Shown: piece by piece, positions 39,397 through 51,169 of the stretch
Layout of the letters: each line of letters begins with the position of its first letter
Position numbering within the stretch: the first letter of the stretch is position 1
NCBI RefSeq assembly: GCF_006345805.1
Contig: NC_043014.1
Coordinates: 53,568,001-53,632,000, forward strand
Length of the DNA: 64,000 nucleotides
From: Octopus sinensis
Taxonomy: Eukaryota
Reading direction: 5' to 3'
Program-made: the position numbers and the translations under genes
Notes under the pieces: model-generated
The model's input: the letters and a program-made list of their open reading frames with translations, nothing else
Databases searched by the model: none
Told to the model about the DNA's origin: nothing

Positions 39397-40070
39397 TTAT
39401 TAGACTGTATCAATTTTAATATATAGATATAGATATAGATATACTTGAAAGTTTATTAGAATTACTTGACACAGTTTTTGAAGTGTACAGATGACTTTAA
39501 AAAAATTATTTTTTTAAAATATGCTATGAAAGGAAGTTTTTTTTTTCTAGTGTGTGAGTGCTTTTGTTTAACCTTTTCAAGCACATATGTTCTGTACATA
39601 TAGATATCATCATCATGATACATATCTGTTTTCCCTGTTGTCAAGGGTTGGACAGTTTGACAGGATCCAACAGGTCAGATGAATCTGTCAAGCTCCACTG
39701 TCCCTTTTGCCATGGGTTCAGTGGATGGATGCTCTTTCTATCCTTAGATAAATCCAACCAGTCAATGGAGGATATAATAACAAACTGTTCACATAAGACA
39801 GAATCACAATTACTATACACATTCTAGTTAGGCTAATGATAACATATTTAATGCAGGGATGCATTAAAAAAAGCTAACCAAAATGCTCCCTGCATTTAAT
39901 ATGTTAACATTGATTAAGGTATCACCTTTCAAACCTATTGGACGGTGTGTCTAAGTTATATCTGCATAATTTAAGCATAAATTATGCAACAAGACTGAGG
40001 ACAGATAACCTCAAAATTTTAAATGACCTTTATAACATGTCAGTATTTATCTTCAAGTCCCTATACATGT

Positions 40071-40111
<41 letters not shown>

Positions 40112-40114
<3 letters not shown>

Positions 40115-40800
40115 TATCATCATCATTGTCATGATCTAACGTCTGTTTCCAATACTGGCATGGGTTGACAGGAGTTGACCAGTTGAAGAACTGCCTGGGC
40201 TCCGTGTCTGTTTTGTCATGGTTTCTACAGCGGGATGCTCTTCCTAACACCAACCACTTTACAGAGTGTACTGGGTACTTTTACGCAGCACTAGCACAGA
40301 TGCTTTTATGTGGCACCATCACTCACGGGCCTGCAACCTAAGGATCACTCAGCTGAAAGAGGGTTTTAGGGGACATGCCTGTATGCAAGGGCAACCATGA
40401 TTTTACTTAGCTTGTCATGGTCTTCTCAAGCACAGCAAATGGCCAGAAGACTCAGTCCCTTGTCAGCTCCTCTGTGAGGCCCAATGTCTGAAGTTCCTTT
40501 CTCACCATTTTGTCTTCCTAGCTCTACACCTTCCACATGTTCACTCCACAATTAGAGACCAGCACTTCTTAATGCAACCGTCTTCATTCATATGCATCAC
40601 ATGGCCACACAAGTGCTCTCTCTTCTCTCTTGCAGACTACATCTGATGCTACATATGCCCGGTTTATCCCTCAAATCACTTACACTCTCTCATATAAGCA
40701 CACTGACATCACCCATCCAGCAGAGAATACTGGCTTCATTTCTTTCAAGCCTTTGCGTATCCTCAGTATTCACATCCCATGTCTCACTGCCACTGGAGAC
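40112..40800 (-). mobile_element. RTE-clade LINE 3' fragment (diverged)
   Basis: Same RTE C-terminal and 3'UTR sequence as the other copies; (GAT)n tail at ~40112-40125. Confidence 0.8.
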
Positions 40801-41678
40801 TGGAAATTGTTTTTGGTATCATAATATTTATTCACCAGTAAGAAGGAATCAACTGGGATTTACCCTAACTCTCTACACAATAGTATGTGCACATAATTGT
40901 GGAGGTTCACATGTTTTGATGCCAAAATTCAGTCCATGGTGTTGTAAGTTTATGAGGTGGTAGATTCATAAGTCTGTGTGTATATGTATTCCATGGATCA
41001 TGTGATGTCATGAATTCTGTGAACCATGTGGTGTCATGAATATGTTTAATGCACATATATCTGTTCAATGAAGGAATCCAGCATAAGTTTATGGAGGCAT
41101 GTGTCTTTTATACATAATATTCATATAATGCATATAATTGGTGTCCAGAGAAAAAAACTTATTCAGGTTGGAGGGGTGTCAAAGTGGGTGGGAGATCATG
41201 CATGAAATTCTTAAGTATGAATACCATAACATCGACAATGAATGCTTTAAACATAAGAGAATCAACCTTCTTTCGTTCATGCACAAGAGACAATTCACAC
41301 TTTGAAAATTCATACACACACACACAATCATATCAAAATAACAGAAGAGAAATGAATTCATAGAAAGATGTACAAATAAATAAGTACATTGAATAAAATA
41401 TTTAGCTCAACAAATATACAGCCGGATTATAGCTTGAGAAGTACAGAGATGGACAGACAAGGTGGCAGATAAACAAACAGATAGACAGTAAGCTAGTGAG
41501 ATATGTCGCTAGAAAGGTAGGCCAACAGCTAAAATGACAGATAGATTTACAAGCTGACCTCTAAATGGCTATTTAGATATACAGATAAAGAAAAAATACA
41601 AACAAACCACTTAGAGTTTTGTTAATGTGAACTAAAGTAAATGCGAGAGAAAAAAATAACAAACTCTCTAATATTTAC

Positions 41679-41723
41679 CCAAAGTGGTGACTCACAGAAT
41701 GCTTGAAAGTTGTCGCCTGCCAT
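41679..41723 (-). CDS. ABCC1: Gene B coding exon 1: MAGDNFQAFCESPLW
   Basis: ATG at 41723, donor TGG/gtaaat; matches the MRP N-terminal FC...PLW motif and joins the next exon in phase 0. Confidence 0.85.
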
Positions 41724-41759
41724 AAGCTGGGTGGAATATGAGATGAATGACAGTTAGGA

Positions 41760-42375
41760 AAAGCACCGAAATGACATAACTGAAAGAAAAGAGAGAGGAC
41801 GGAGAGGGGAGAGGGAGGGAGGGAGAGGGGAGAGAGAGAAAGAAATAGAGATAAAGAAGAATAGTGAATGAATGAGAAGAGAGTGGAGGGTGTGGAAAAG
41901 TGGAACAAAAAAATAGGTTGATGATTGTGCAATATTGGAAAATGTGGAGAGAGAGAAAGAGTTAAATGAAAAATAAATAAATGGAGTTGGTGTTTAAAGA
42001 GAAAGAGCAAGAATTGAAACAGTGTGGTGAAGAATAGGGAATAGAAAGGCAGATGAGAGAGAAAAAGAGGAAGAGAAAGAAGTAAAGAAAAAGATATAAA
42101 TAAGGGGATTTTTGGATCTGAAAAAACAGTAAGAGAGAAAGTGGAAAGAAATAAGAGGTAGAAAGGGGGAAAATGTATGGAAATGTGGTGGAAAAGGGGA
42201 ACAGAAAAAAGCAAAGAGAGACAGGGGATAAGAGTGGAAAAAAATAAAAGAAAAGACAAAAGAAGAGAGAGAAAAAAAAAACTGTGAAAGGTAAAAAGAG
42301 AATGAAAAAGTGCAATAAAGATAGATGGAAAGAGAAAAGGGAGATAGAATAAACAAGGGGAAAAGAGAGGGGTAT
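41760..42375. repeat. ~600-bp purine-rich (A/G on plus) low-complexity tract immediately 5' of the gene B ATG
   Basis: Strongly strand-asymmetric composition; source of the spurious F/L/S-rich ORFs. Confidence 0.85.
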
Positions 42376-42381
42376 AGGATA

Positions 42382-42710
42382 GTAAAGACCCCCTTCGGTC
42401 ATGAATGACCATGGGATTGCACCTAGAAAGTTACCCTCCTAGACACAAGTCCGGGCAAGGTTGTTTATGGAAGACCAGCAGTCGCCCATGCATACCAGCC
42501 TCCCCTCTCCACGCCACCAGTGTTATCCAAGGGAAAGACAAAGGTCGATACAGCTTGGCACCAGTGACGTCGCAACTCATTTCTACAGCTGAGTGAACTG
42601 GAGCAACGTGAAATAAAGTGTCTTGCTCAAGAACACAACACGCAGCCCGGTCCGGGATTCGAGCTCACAACCTCACGATCGTAAGCTCGACGCTCTAACC
42701 ACTGAGCCAT
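42382..42710 (-). mobile_element. tRNA-derived SINE, apparently young
   Basis: Head ATGGCTCAGTGGTTAGAGCG (A-box) ... GAGCTCGAATCCC (B-box-like), then TTGAGCAAGACACTT core-like sequence and a non-tRNA body. Confidence 0.85.
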
Positions 42711-43114
42711 AAGCATGGAAATAATATGAGAATGATACCAAAGAATAAGAAGAGAAAGAGGTGTGATTTATTAAAGAGAAATTGAATGATTTACCTATGT
42801 TAAGTAACATAGGTAACACAGGGTGACTTTCAGTGAAGCAAAACCAAATGCCAATCTTTATGGAGAAGTTATGTGATCAAAGAGATTTCAACAGTGATCA
42901 CTCTGGTTCTTTTTCTTCCTCGTTGTCGTCGTCGTTTAACATCCGCTTTCCATGCTGGCATGGGTTGTGCAGTAAAACTGGGACCAAATTACTTTTAAGA
43001 TGCTAGAGTATAATCTGATGGAAATTGGATGCTATTTCTGGCAGATCAAGCAACCAAGTTAGGGGATCCCTCATTAGCTTGAGAATTATTTTCTAGAAGA
43101 ATGTGATGATAAGC

Positions 43115-43770
43115 TCTGGTAGAATGTGTCAAAATAAAACATTTTTTTCTCTTGGCTTTCTTGAGAAAATTGTAATTTGTAAGTTTAAAGTAGTTTCATT
43201 TTTCGAATTTTGACCAATCAATGGCCTCTATTGAGCTAAAATCATTTGCTGCGTCTAAAACAGACAACATCCTGTCACTAACCCTAACCCTAACCGTAAA
43301 TTTTAGCCTTTCATTTCTTTTTTCTTAATTGTTAAATTAATTTAATTGTTACGCGTGTGTGTCTAAAATTATTTGTTTTAATAATTTAACAATTAAGAAA
43401 AAAAAAAACAAAAGCAATGGAAAATAGTTCAAAACAAAAACAAAACAAATAATTTTAGACACACGCGTAACAATTAAATTAATTTAACAATTAAGAAAAA
43501 AAAAAAATGAAAGGCTAAAATTTAGGGTTAGGGTTAGTGACAGGATGTTGTCTGTTTTAGATGCAGCAAATGATTTTAGCTCAATAGAGGCCATTAATTG
43601 GTTAAAATTCAAAAAATTAAACTACGTTAAACTTACAAATTACATTTTTCTCAAGAAAGCCAAGAGAAAAAATGTTTTATTTTGACACATTCTACCAGAA
43701 AACGAAGCTTAAAAGTGTTTAGTTAACTAGAAATTGTGTTGAAAACTGCCGTTCAAAAGGAAAAGATCCA
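43115..43770. mobile_element. Palindromic MITE/foldback element with short (CCCTAA)n; arms ~43115-43379 and ~43442-43699
   Basis: The arms are near-exact reverse complements; the terminal sequence is shared with the arms of the 45085-46430 element. Confidence 0.85.
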
Positions 43771-43962
43771 ATTTTTTTTAAAACAAAGTAAATAAAACAC
43801 AAAGTAAATAATTTTTTTAAACAAAGTAAATAAAACACAAAAACACAAAGTAAGGATCGACTAGTCACGACTAGCTAGCGTGGATGCGCAAGTACGTGAG
43901 TGCACGCACCGGGACCACTCTTCCTAAGTAGTACCAGCTAAATTTGCCCTCTCTATAAATAT

Positions 43963-43995
<33 letters not shown>

Positions 43996-44099
43996 GTTTA
44001 AATATAAATATAAATAGACCTTGTAACGATACCAGCTACCAAATGGTTTCACGGCAAATTGGAGCCCCGGATGACCATAGTAAAGTCACTGGGGAGAAT

Positions 44100-44300
44100 C
44101 CCTGCCAATAATCCCTACTTTAGTGATTTGACCTTATCTTATTATCTATATCCCCTACATATATATAAAAAAAAGTACTTGGTGAGGAACCAATATCATA
44201 GTGATGATGTCTTATCAGCTGTTGAAAACTTGTTTAACTAACAGGATAGCTTCTTTTCCAAGGCAATCGAAGCAATGAATCGCTGAAAGAAGTATGGAGA
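44100..44300 (+). mobile_element. Decayed mariner transposase C-terminal fragment
   Basis: PYFSDLTLSYYLYP...KK.L...YHSDDVLSAVENLF resembles the mariner YSPDLAPSDYYLFP...SDD motif. Confidence 0.6.
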
Positions 44301-44821
44301 TGATCTTTTCTGTTTGATTTTCACTTTTCAATTGCCTCAATTTTGTTCCAATTTCAAAAATGTGTATTGTTCACATGAACTAAACCAACAGTATGTTTAT
44401 CCAACATTTCACAAAACTTTATTAAAACTTCCATCGTTGAATGTTTTAACATTGTAATGTTGTCTCCTTGTACAAAATGTCAGCTTCCACATCCTGTTCT
44501 CTGATTGAGGGGAAAATGATCAAACTTTAAACCTCTGTTACAGTTTTCTAAAAATTTTAGTGGAATTAGTGAATAGCATCATATTCAACGTGAAAAATTA
44601 CACCAATGTATCAAATTTGAAAATTTTTGCTTAATTTTAAAATTTCAGAAGGTGAAATCAAGCAGAAAAGATCCTAATATTTAAAAATGAACTTCATTTG
44701 GTCACATTTCATGAAACTATATTAGTCAGCCTGTTAATTTTCCAGTCGATCCTCATAATAATAAAAGTTATTATTGAACATTTGTTTGCTTTGATACCCA
44801 AATTAGAAAACTTCACCTTGT

Positions 44822-46820
44822 TTGTAAAAGTTTTGGGTACTACAGAAGTGTGGACCTGACTTCTGAGAGTGCGCATGTCACAAATTTGCACGTGCACGCA
44901 CGTTAGTTGTAAGTAGTTGACTTTAGCTCATAAGGCAAACGACGAGATGCGCGGATACACACTACTAGGTGATTTTAACAAAAAGGGAAACAACGAGATG
45001 CACGGATGAGCACTGCTTGCTGTAAATGGAGCGGGGTTATCCATGTAATACAAAAAGAAAATTGCAAATAAATTGAATATAAAAGTGAAAAATGGATCTT
45101 TTCACTTTGACCGGCAGATTTTTGAAATTACTTTCTTTGTAACTAAACACTTTAAACTTCGTATACTGGTAGAATGTGTTACATAAAACATCTTTTTCTC
45201 TTGGCTTTCTTGAGAAAATTCTGTAGTTTGTAAGCTATTTGTTGTTAAATTTCTTGCATTTCGGCAATTTTAATCAATCAATGACGTCTATTAAGGTAAA
45301 TACAATTTCTGCTGTTGTTTGGCAACAATTTCAACAACAACTTCCGGCGGTGTCAATAATAGATCGATACTAGGGTCATAATTATGGGTGGACACTAAAT
45401 GTGGGAACGGTTTTCTTATCCAGCTCTGTTTACGAGTGACCCCTCAGTTTATGGCCACAAAATGTTTATATTTGCAGCTTATTTACATTTCTGAAGAAAA
45501 AAGATACTTTTCCCCCCACCCCTAACCCCTAACCCTAACTCTAAAACAGATTGAAATGCAATAGATCGATACTAGGGTCATAATTATGGGTGGACACTAA
45601 ATGAAGGAACGGTTTTGTTTTCCAGCTCTGTTTACAAGTGACTCCTCAGTTTATGGCCACACACGTGTATTTGTTTACATTTGAAGATCGTCACTTTCCG
45701 TAAAGTTTTTATTTTTTATATATGTGGGATTAGGGTTAGGGGTGGGGGGAAGGGTATCTTTTTTCTTCAGAAATGTAATTAAGCTGCAAATATAAACATT
45801 TTGGGGCCATAAACTGAGGGGTCACTCGTAAACAGAGCTGGAAAACAAAACCGTTTCCTCATTTAGTGTCCACCCATAATTATGACCCTAGTATCGATCT
45901 ATTGCATTTCAATCTGTTTTAGGGTTAGGGTTAGGGGTTAGGGTGGAGGGAAGGGTATCTTTTTTCTTCAGAAATGTAAATAAACCCAATCTGTTTCTTA
46001 AACGAATATATAATATGTAATGTGTGTATCTGTGCAACAGAGAGGGAAATTAAAACTGCATATGTTGTGAAGTTAGAATATGTGTTTATTAATAAAAGTT
46101 TAATAACGATAATCTTTTATTCATGGGAACGTAACTGATATGAAATATGTCATAAATAACAGTGACAAACTGAGTAGACATCGCAGGAAATTGTTATTGA
46201 CAAACTACAGCAGAAATTGTATTCACCTCAATAGACATCATTGATTGGTTGAAATTGCCGAAATGCAAGAAATTTAACAACAAATAGCTTACAAACTACA
46301 GAATTTTCTCAAGAAAGCCAAGAGAAAAAGATGTTTTATGTAACACATTCTACCAGCATACGAAGTTTAAAAGTGTTTAGTTACAAAGAAATTATTTCAA
46401 AAATCTGCCGGTCAAAGTGAAAAGATTCGTGAAAAATAATCATTGAATACTGAAAAAAACATTCATCTCCCCTAACCCTCAACCTAACCCTAAACCCTAA
46501 CCCCTAACCCTTAATAAAATATGGGAAAAGCTGGAAATGAATGTTTTGAAAACATTCTGAACTATCTTTCAGAATGGTTTACTTTTCAATGAAATATCAT
46601 TTTGTTATTTTTCCTGTTTTTATTCAATTCATCTGCAATTTTCTTCTTGTATTAGATGGATAACCCACCCTCCATTTACAGCAAGTAGCGCGCGTCTTGT
46701 TGTCTACCTGTGTGCTAAAATCGACTGCTTATGACTAACGCGCTCGCATGTGCAAATTTGTGACATGCACACTCCCAGAACTTGGATCCACACTTCTCCA
46801 GTAGTGCCAAACTTTAGAAC
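44822..46820. mobile_element. Three-layer nested inverted-repeat structure (MITE inside MITE, with an inner 205-bp tandem/inverted core and TTAGGG runs)
   Basis: Outer arms ~44822-45085 / 46610-46820; middle arms ~45085-45355 / 46175-46428; inner units 45355-45660 versus reverse complement 45725-45985. Confidence 0.85.
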
Positions 46821-47227
46821 TGAGTTTGCACCCCCTAAGCAAATTTTGTTCCCGGGCCACTGCATACATATGTATATTTACAGAAAGCTACCAGTTTACT
46901 CTGTTGCAATACTCTCTTGCCCATACTTACCTATTCTTTCAGATGGTAAATATCAAGTAATGACAAGCAACATTTTCAATTGGATTCACAAACTTCACTG
47001 TAGTTTTGCATGCTTTTTCTTCCATTTGTACACTTGAATATCGTGTGTGTGTGTGGGTGTGCATGTGTGTGTGCGCATGTGTGTGTGTGTGTGTAATATA
47101 AATACAAAAATACAAACTGAGATGATACTTATGATGACTTGATGATAACTGTATCTGTGAGAAGTGGCCGGGGCAAGAGGGTAAAAGCGAATTGGAGAGA
47201 AATCTAATAAAAAAACAGTTACCTTCT

Positions 47228-47262
47228 TTTATTTAAAAGAGTTTTATTTATTTTTTATTTTT
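47228..47262 (-). terminator. Candidate polyadenylation signals of gene A (several AATAAA on the minus strand)
   Basis: Plus-strand tttatt occurs several times 170-205 bp past the stop codon; the site actually used is unknown. Confidence 0.4.
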
Positions 47263-47432
47263 TGTATTAAATAAGGAAAATATCTGTAAACAACAGTTCT
47301 TGTTGCAAGCAATTTAGAATGGAAGTTTTTCCTATATTCTTTGAGATCTTGCACAAGAACAGTGATAGAAACCAGTTATAAAAAAGAAGACTTTGAATGG
47401 TTTCATATATAATGTTTTTATACAAACAATCT

Positions 47433-47544
47433 TTATGCTAACTTGGCATCCTTCAGCAGTGCATAGAACAAAGATTGTTTGTTTTTCTTTAATGTCTTTG
47501 GTGAAGCAAACTCTTTAACCCTTCCATGTTCAAGCACCATAATT
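47433..47544 (-). CDS. ABCC1: Gene A terminal exon: (K)IMVLEHGRVKEFASPKTLKKNKQSLFYALLKDAKLA*
   Basis: Acceptor tttcaccag; 112 bp ending in TAA; typical ABCC C-terminus (IxVLxxG..EF.SP..L...S.FY...KDA.L). Confidence 0.92.
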
Positions 47545-47589
47545 CTGGTGAAAGAAAATAGAAGAAAACAAATGTAACAACAATAAAAA

Positions 47590-48567
47590 GTGTGAAAATA
47601 CAAAAGTAAATAAAAGCAAAAACAATTTAAACAAGAAATGCATAAAAAAAAACCGAAAAGGCACAGAAGGAAAAGAAAATGTATGGTGAGTTTGCAAGAG
47701 ATGTGAATGCCAAGACAAATCCAGAGGAGTGGTGGCTATGGATGAGGAGGAGTGAGCTGAAGATAGAGACAGAAGCACTCACGTGCACAGCTCAGGACCA
47801 ATTATAAGAAGTGCAGAATAGACAACACTACTGATAGTGACAAATGCAGAATGTGTGGTGAGAGGGGAGCGAAATGAAATGGCAGATTGATAGTGAATGC
47901 CTGAAATTGGCACAACGCAAATACAAAAGATGCCATGACAATATGGCAAGAATGATCCATTGGGAGCTCTGTGGAAATCACAGCCTGCAAAGAGCAAAGA
48001 CGTGGTGTGAGAAAATTCCAGAATGAGTCCTGGAAAATGAGAATTTCAAAATCCTTTGGGATGCAATGTTCCAGTGCGATCGCCTGACCAAACATTGAAA
48101 ACCGGACATTGCTGTGGTGAATAGAAAAGAAAGAACATGCATGATAATTGACATCGCTTGTCCAGATGACAACAGGATTAATGTGAAGGAAGAAGAAAAA
48201 CAGAAAGAACTCTGACGATTTGAAGCGGGAAATATGAAGGTTGTGGTTAATGAGGAGAGTAGATGGAATACCAATAGTAATTGGTGCACTTGGAAGGATC
48301 CACACTCAACTACCAACATGGCTGAAAAAGATTGGTGCAAGTGTGAAGGTAGAACACCTACAAAAATCAGCATTGCTTGGAACTGCAAGAATTCTTTGAG
48401 GAGTTTTTGAAGCATGACCAGTAAACAAGTGTCACCTTAGTCTGTTCGCTGTGGACAGCTGACACTTTCCATCATACCCAGCAAAATAAGATGTGAGTTT
48501 TCATCACAGAATAATAATGATAATGATGATGATGATGATAATAATAATAATAATAATAATAATAATC
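47590..48567 (+). mobile_element. 5'-truncated R4/Dong-like non-LTR retrotransposon, copy 1, followed by (AAT/GAT)n
   Basis: MYGEFAR...WLWMRRSELKIETEAL.C.AQDQ; CCHC-like C.MCGE...; KILWDAMFQCD...KPDIAVV...IIDIACP (PD..D RLE). Confidence 0.82.
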
Positions 48568-48569
48568 AA

Positions 48570-50023
48570 TGAAATCATGGAGAAGGAAATGAAAGAACAA
48601 CTGAGGATGGAATATTTCTGAAGACTATTCCATCTGGTCAATTTTGACCAAATGGAATAAAATCCAAGCAGTTAATACATGGGCAATAGCATCACTTTGG
48701 TATGGAACTGGAATCATAAACTGGCAAAAGAAAGAACTGAAGAACAATATGAAGACAACAAAAATATTGACAGTGCACAGAGCCGTCCACTCAAGGAGTG
48801 ACACCAATAGGCTGTACTTGACTAGAAGAAAGGGTAGGAGAGGTTTGATCAGTTGCCAAGACTGTATCAAAGCAGTTGAAAATTGCTTAGGATGGTATGT
48901 AAAGAATACTGTGGAACCATTGTTGAGACATGTGAAGAAGTCCAGCATCATCAAAATTGATAATTGTGTATAGAAAGAAAAACTTAAAGAGGAAAAGAAC
49001 AGACAAAAAAAAAAGAAATAACATAGAAGGAGGAAAAAAACGTCTGGTCAGTTTGCAAGAGATACAAATGCCAAGACAAATACAGAGGACTGGTGGCTAA
49101 AGATGAGGAGGAGTGATCTGAAGATAGAGACAGAAGCACTTATATGCACAGTGCAAGGACAAGCATTAAGGACTATGTGAAGGGCAGAATCAACAACACT
49201 ACCAAGAGCGACAGATGCAGAATGCATGGTAAGAGGGGTGAAATGGTATGGCACATCGTTAGCAAATACCTAAAATTGGCATGAGATTACAAAAAATGCC
49301 ATGACAATATGTCAAGAATGATCCGATGGGAGTTGTGTGGAAATCTTGACCTACAAAGAGCAAAGACGTGGTATGAACAAACCTCAGGAGGAGTCATTGA
49401 AAATGAAGATTGCAAAATCCTGTGGGATGCAATGATTCAATGCAATCACCTGACCAGACATCAGAAATCAGACATTGTTGTGATGAATAAAAAAGAAAGA
49501 ATTTGCATGATAATCAACATAACATGTCCCAGTGACAACAGAATCAAAGAGAAAGAAAAAGAAAAACTGAACAACTATGATGATTTGAAGCGGGAAATAT
49601 GAAGGTTGTGGTCAATGAAGAGAGCAGATGGAATACCAATAGTAATTGGTGCACTTGGAAGTATCAGCACTCAACTACCAGCATGGCTGAAAAAGACTGG
49701 TACAAATGACAAGATAGAACATCTACAAAAATCAGTATTGCTTGGAACTGTTGGAACTGCAAGAATTCTTCGCAGGGTTCTTGAAGCATGACCAGTAAAC
49801 AAGTGTCACCTTAGTCTGCTGGCTGTGCACAGCTGACACCTTCCATCATATCTGGCAAAATATGCTGAGAGTTTTCATCAACTAACAACAACAACAACAG
49901 CAACAGCAACAACAATGCCAACAGCAGCAGCAGCAACAGCAACAACAACAACAACAGCAGCAGCAACAACAACAACAACAACAAAAACAACAACAGCAAC
50001 AACAACAACAACAAAAACAACAA
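48570..50023 (+). mobile_element. 5'-truncated R4/Dong-like non-LTR retrotransposon, copy 2, with an (AAC/AGC)n tail
   Basis: KWNKIQAVNTWAI..YGTGIINW...HSRSDTNRLYLTRRKGRRGL; KILWDAMIQC...KSDIVV; QKSVLLG..ARILRRVLEA. Confidence 0.85.
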
Positions 50024-50229
50024 CGCCCTGATGCAGTACCAGACAGTGACTCTCATGGCTTCTGATCTTAACTGACAGGAAGTGTTATCATGTACATTGT
50101 TTTGTCTTGGTATAAAAGATGGGCTACAGCAAATATTCTGCTCAATACCACAGATTTGCTTGTCAGTTGTTTGACCTTAACCAGTTGACCATGTCCCTTA
50201 GTGGCTGACGATATGTGCATCTCTGAGCA

Positions 50230-50450
50230 CGAGCAGAGATGCACATAAGCAGTTGTCAGAGAATTTCTACAACTTCACTGGCCTCCTAATTCTCCCACCT
50301 GGATTACTATTTGTGGGGCATCATCAAAGAGGTATTTGAAGATCTTCCCAAGAACACAGAAAGGAACCAGGTTTTGGAGTTGTCTTGAGGTCATGCCGGA
50401 AGCTGTGGGCCACTACTTTGAAAAAACTGTTATCTTGTAGCTATAATCTT
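50230..50450 (+). mobile_element. Tc1/mariner relic, same family as 11560-11950
   Basis: Shared gttgtcagagaatttctacaa...tggcctc.taattc.cc sequence. Confidence 0.55.
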
Positions 50451-50640
50451 GTTGATATTTTTTGACATTTGAAATTAATTTTATTTTTGAACAAGATGTT
50501 GACATTTTTTTTCCTTTTATGCAAACTTTCAAATTTAGCCCAAATACCATGTGTGTGTGTGTGTGTGTGTATGGAGTGAGTGAAAGAGAGAGAGAGAGAT
50601 GTAAATGTAGGTATACGTCACATACATCATCGGTAACTTA

Positions 50641-50871
<231 letters not shown>

Positions 50872-51169
50872 TCAAGGAGATCAGCATTACCTGTAGAAGT
50901 TACAAAACAGTCAAAGAGGAAGCTCACCTGCATTTTAAAACAAACAGCCCTTAAAAGTTAACTCACCCTCCTCAGTAATAATGATACACACACACATGCA
51001 CTAAACCTTCATAAACTAGGACCCTTGAAATAAGGATTATCATAGCCATGATTAGGGTCTCTACAAAAGACAATCATGCAATATATAACTTAAACAACAA
51101 AACCACAATAAACCAAGAACCCTTCAAAAAATTCAACCTCACAAGAATGGAAGACAATTTAGAAGAATA

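Noticed and set aside
41675-42412. 245-aa hydrophobic minus-strand ORF overlapping gene B exon 1
   Set aside because: It arises from the pyrimidine-rich tract. The real coding segment is the 45-bp MAGDNFQAFCESPLW exon in another frame.
42650-42710. tRNA gene call for A-box/B-box sequences (also 12370-12428)
   Set aside because: There is no complete cloverleaf, and each continues into a repeated SINE body.
45515-46520. TTAGGG runs as a telomere or chromosome-fusion scar
   Set aside because: Only a few degenerate units are present, embedded in both arms of palindromic elements, so they are element-internal.
49811-50056. Poly-Leu ORF resembling a signal peptide or TM segment
   Set aside because: It is the reverse reading of the (AAC/AGC)n retroelement tail.
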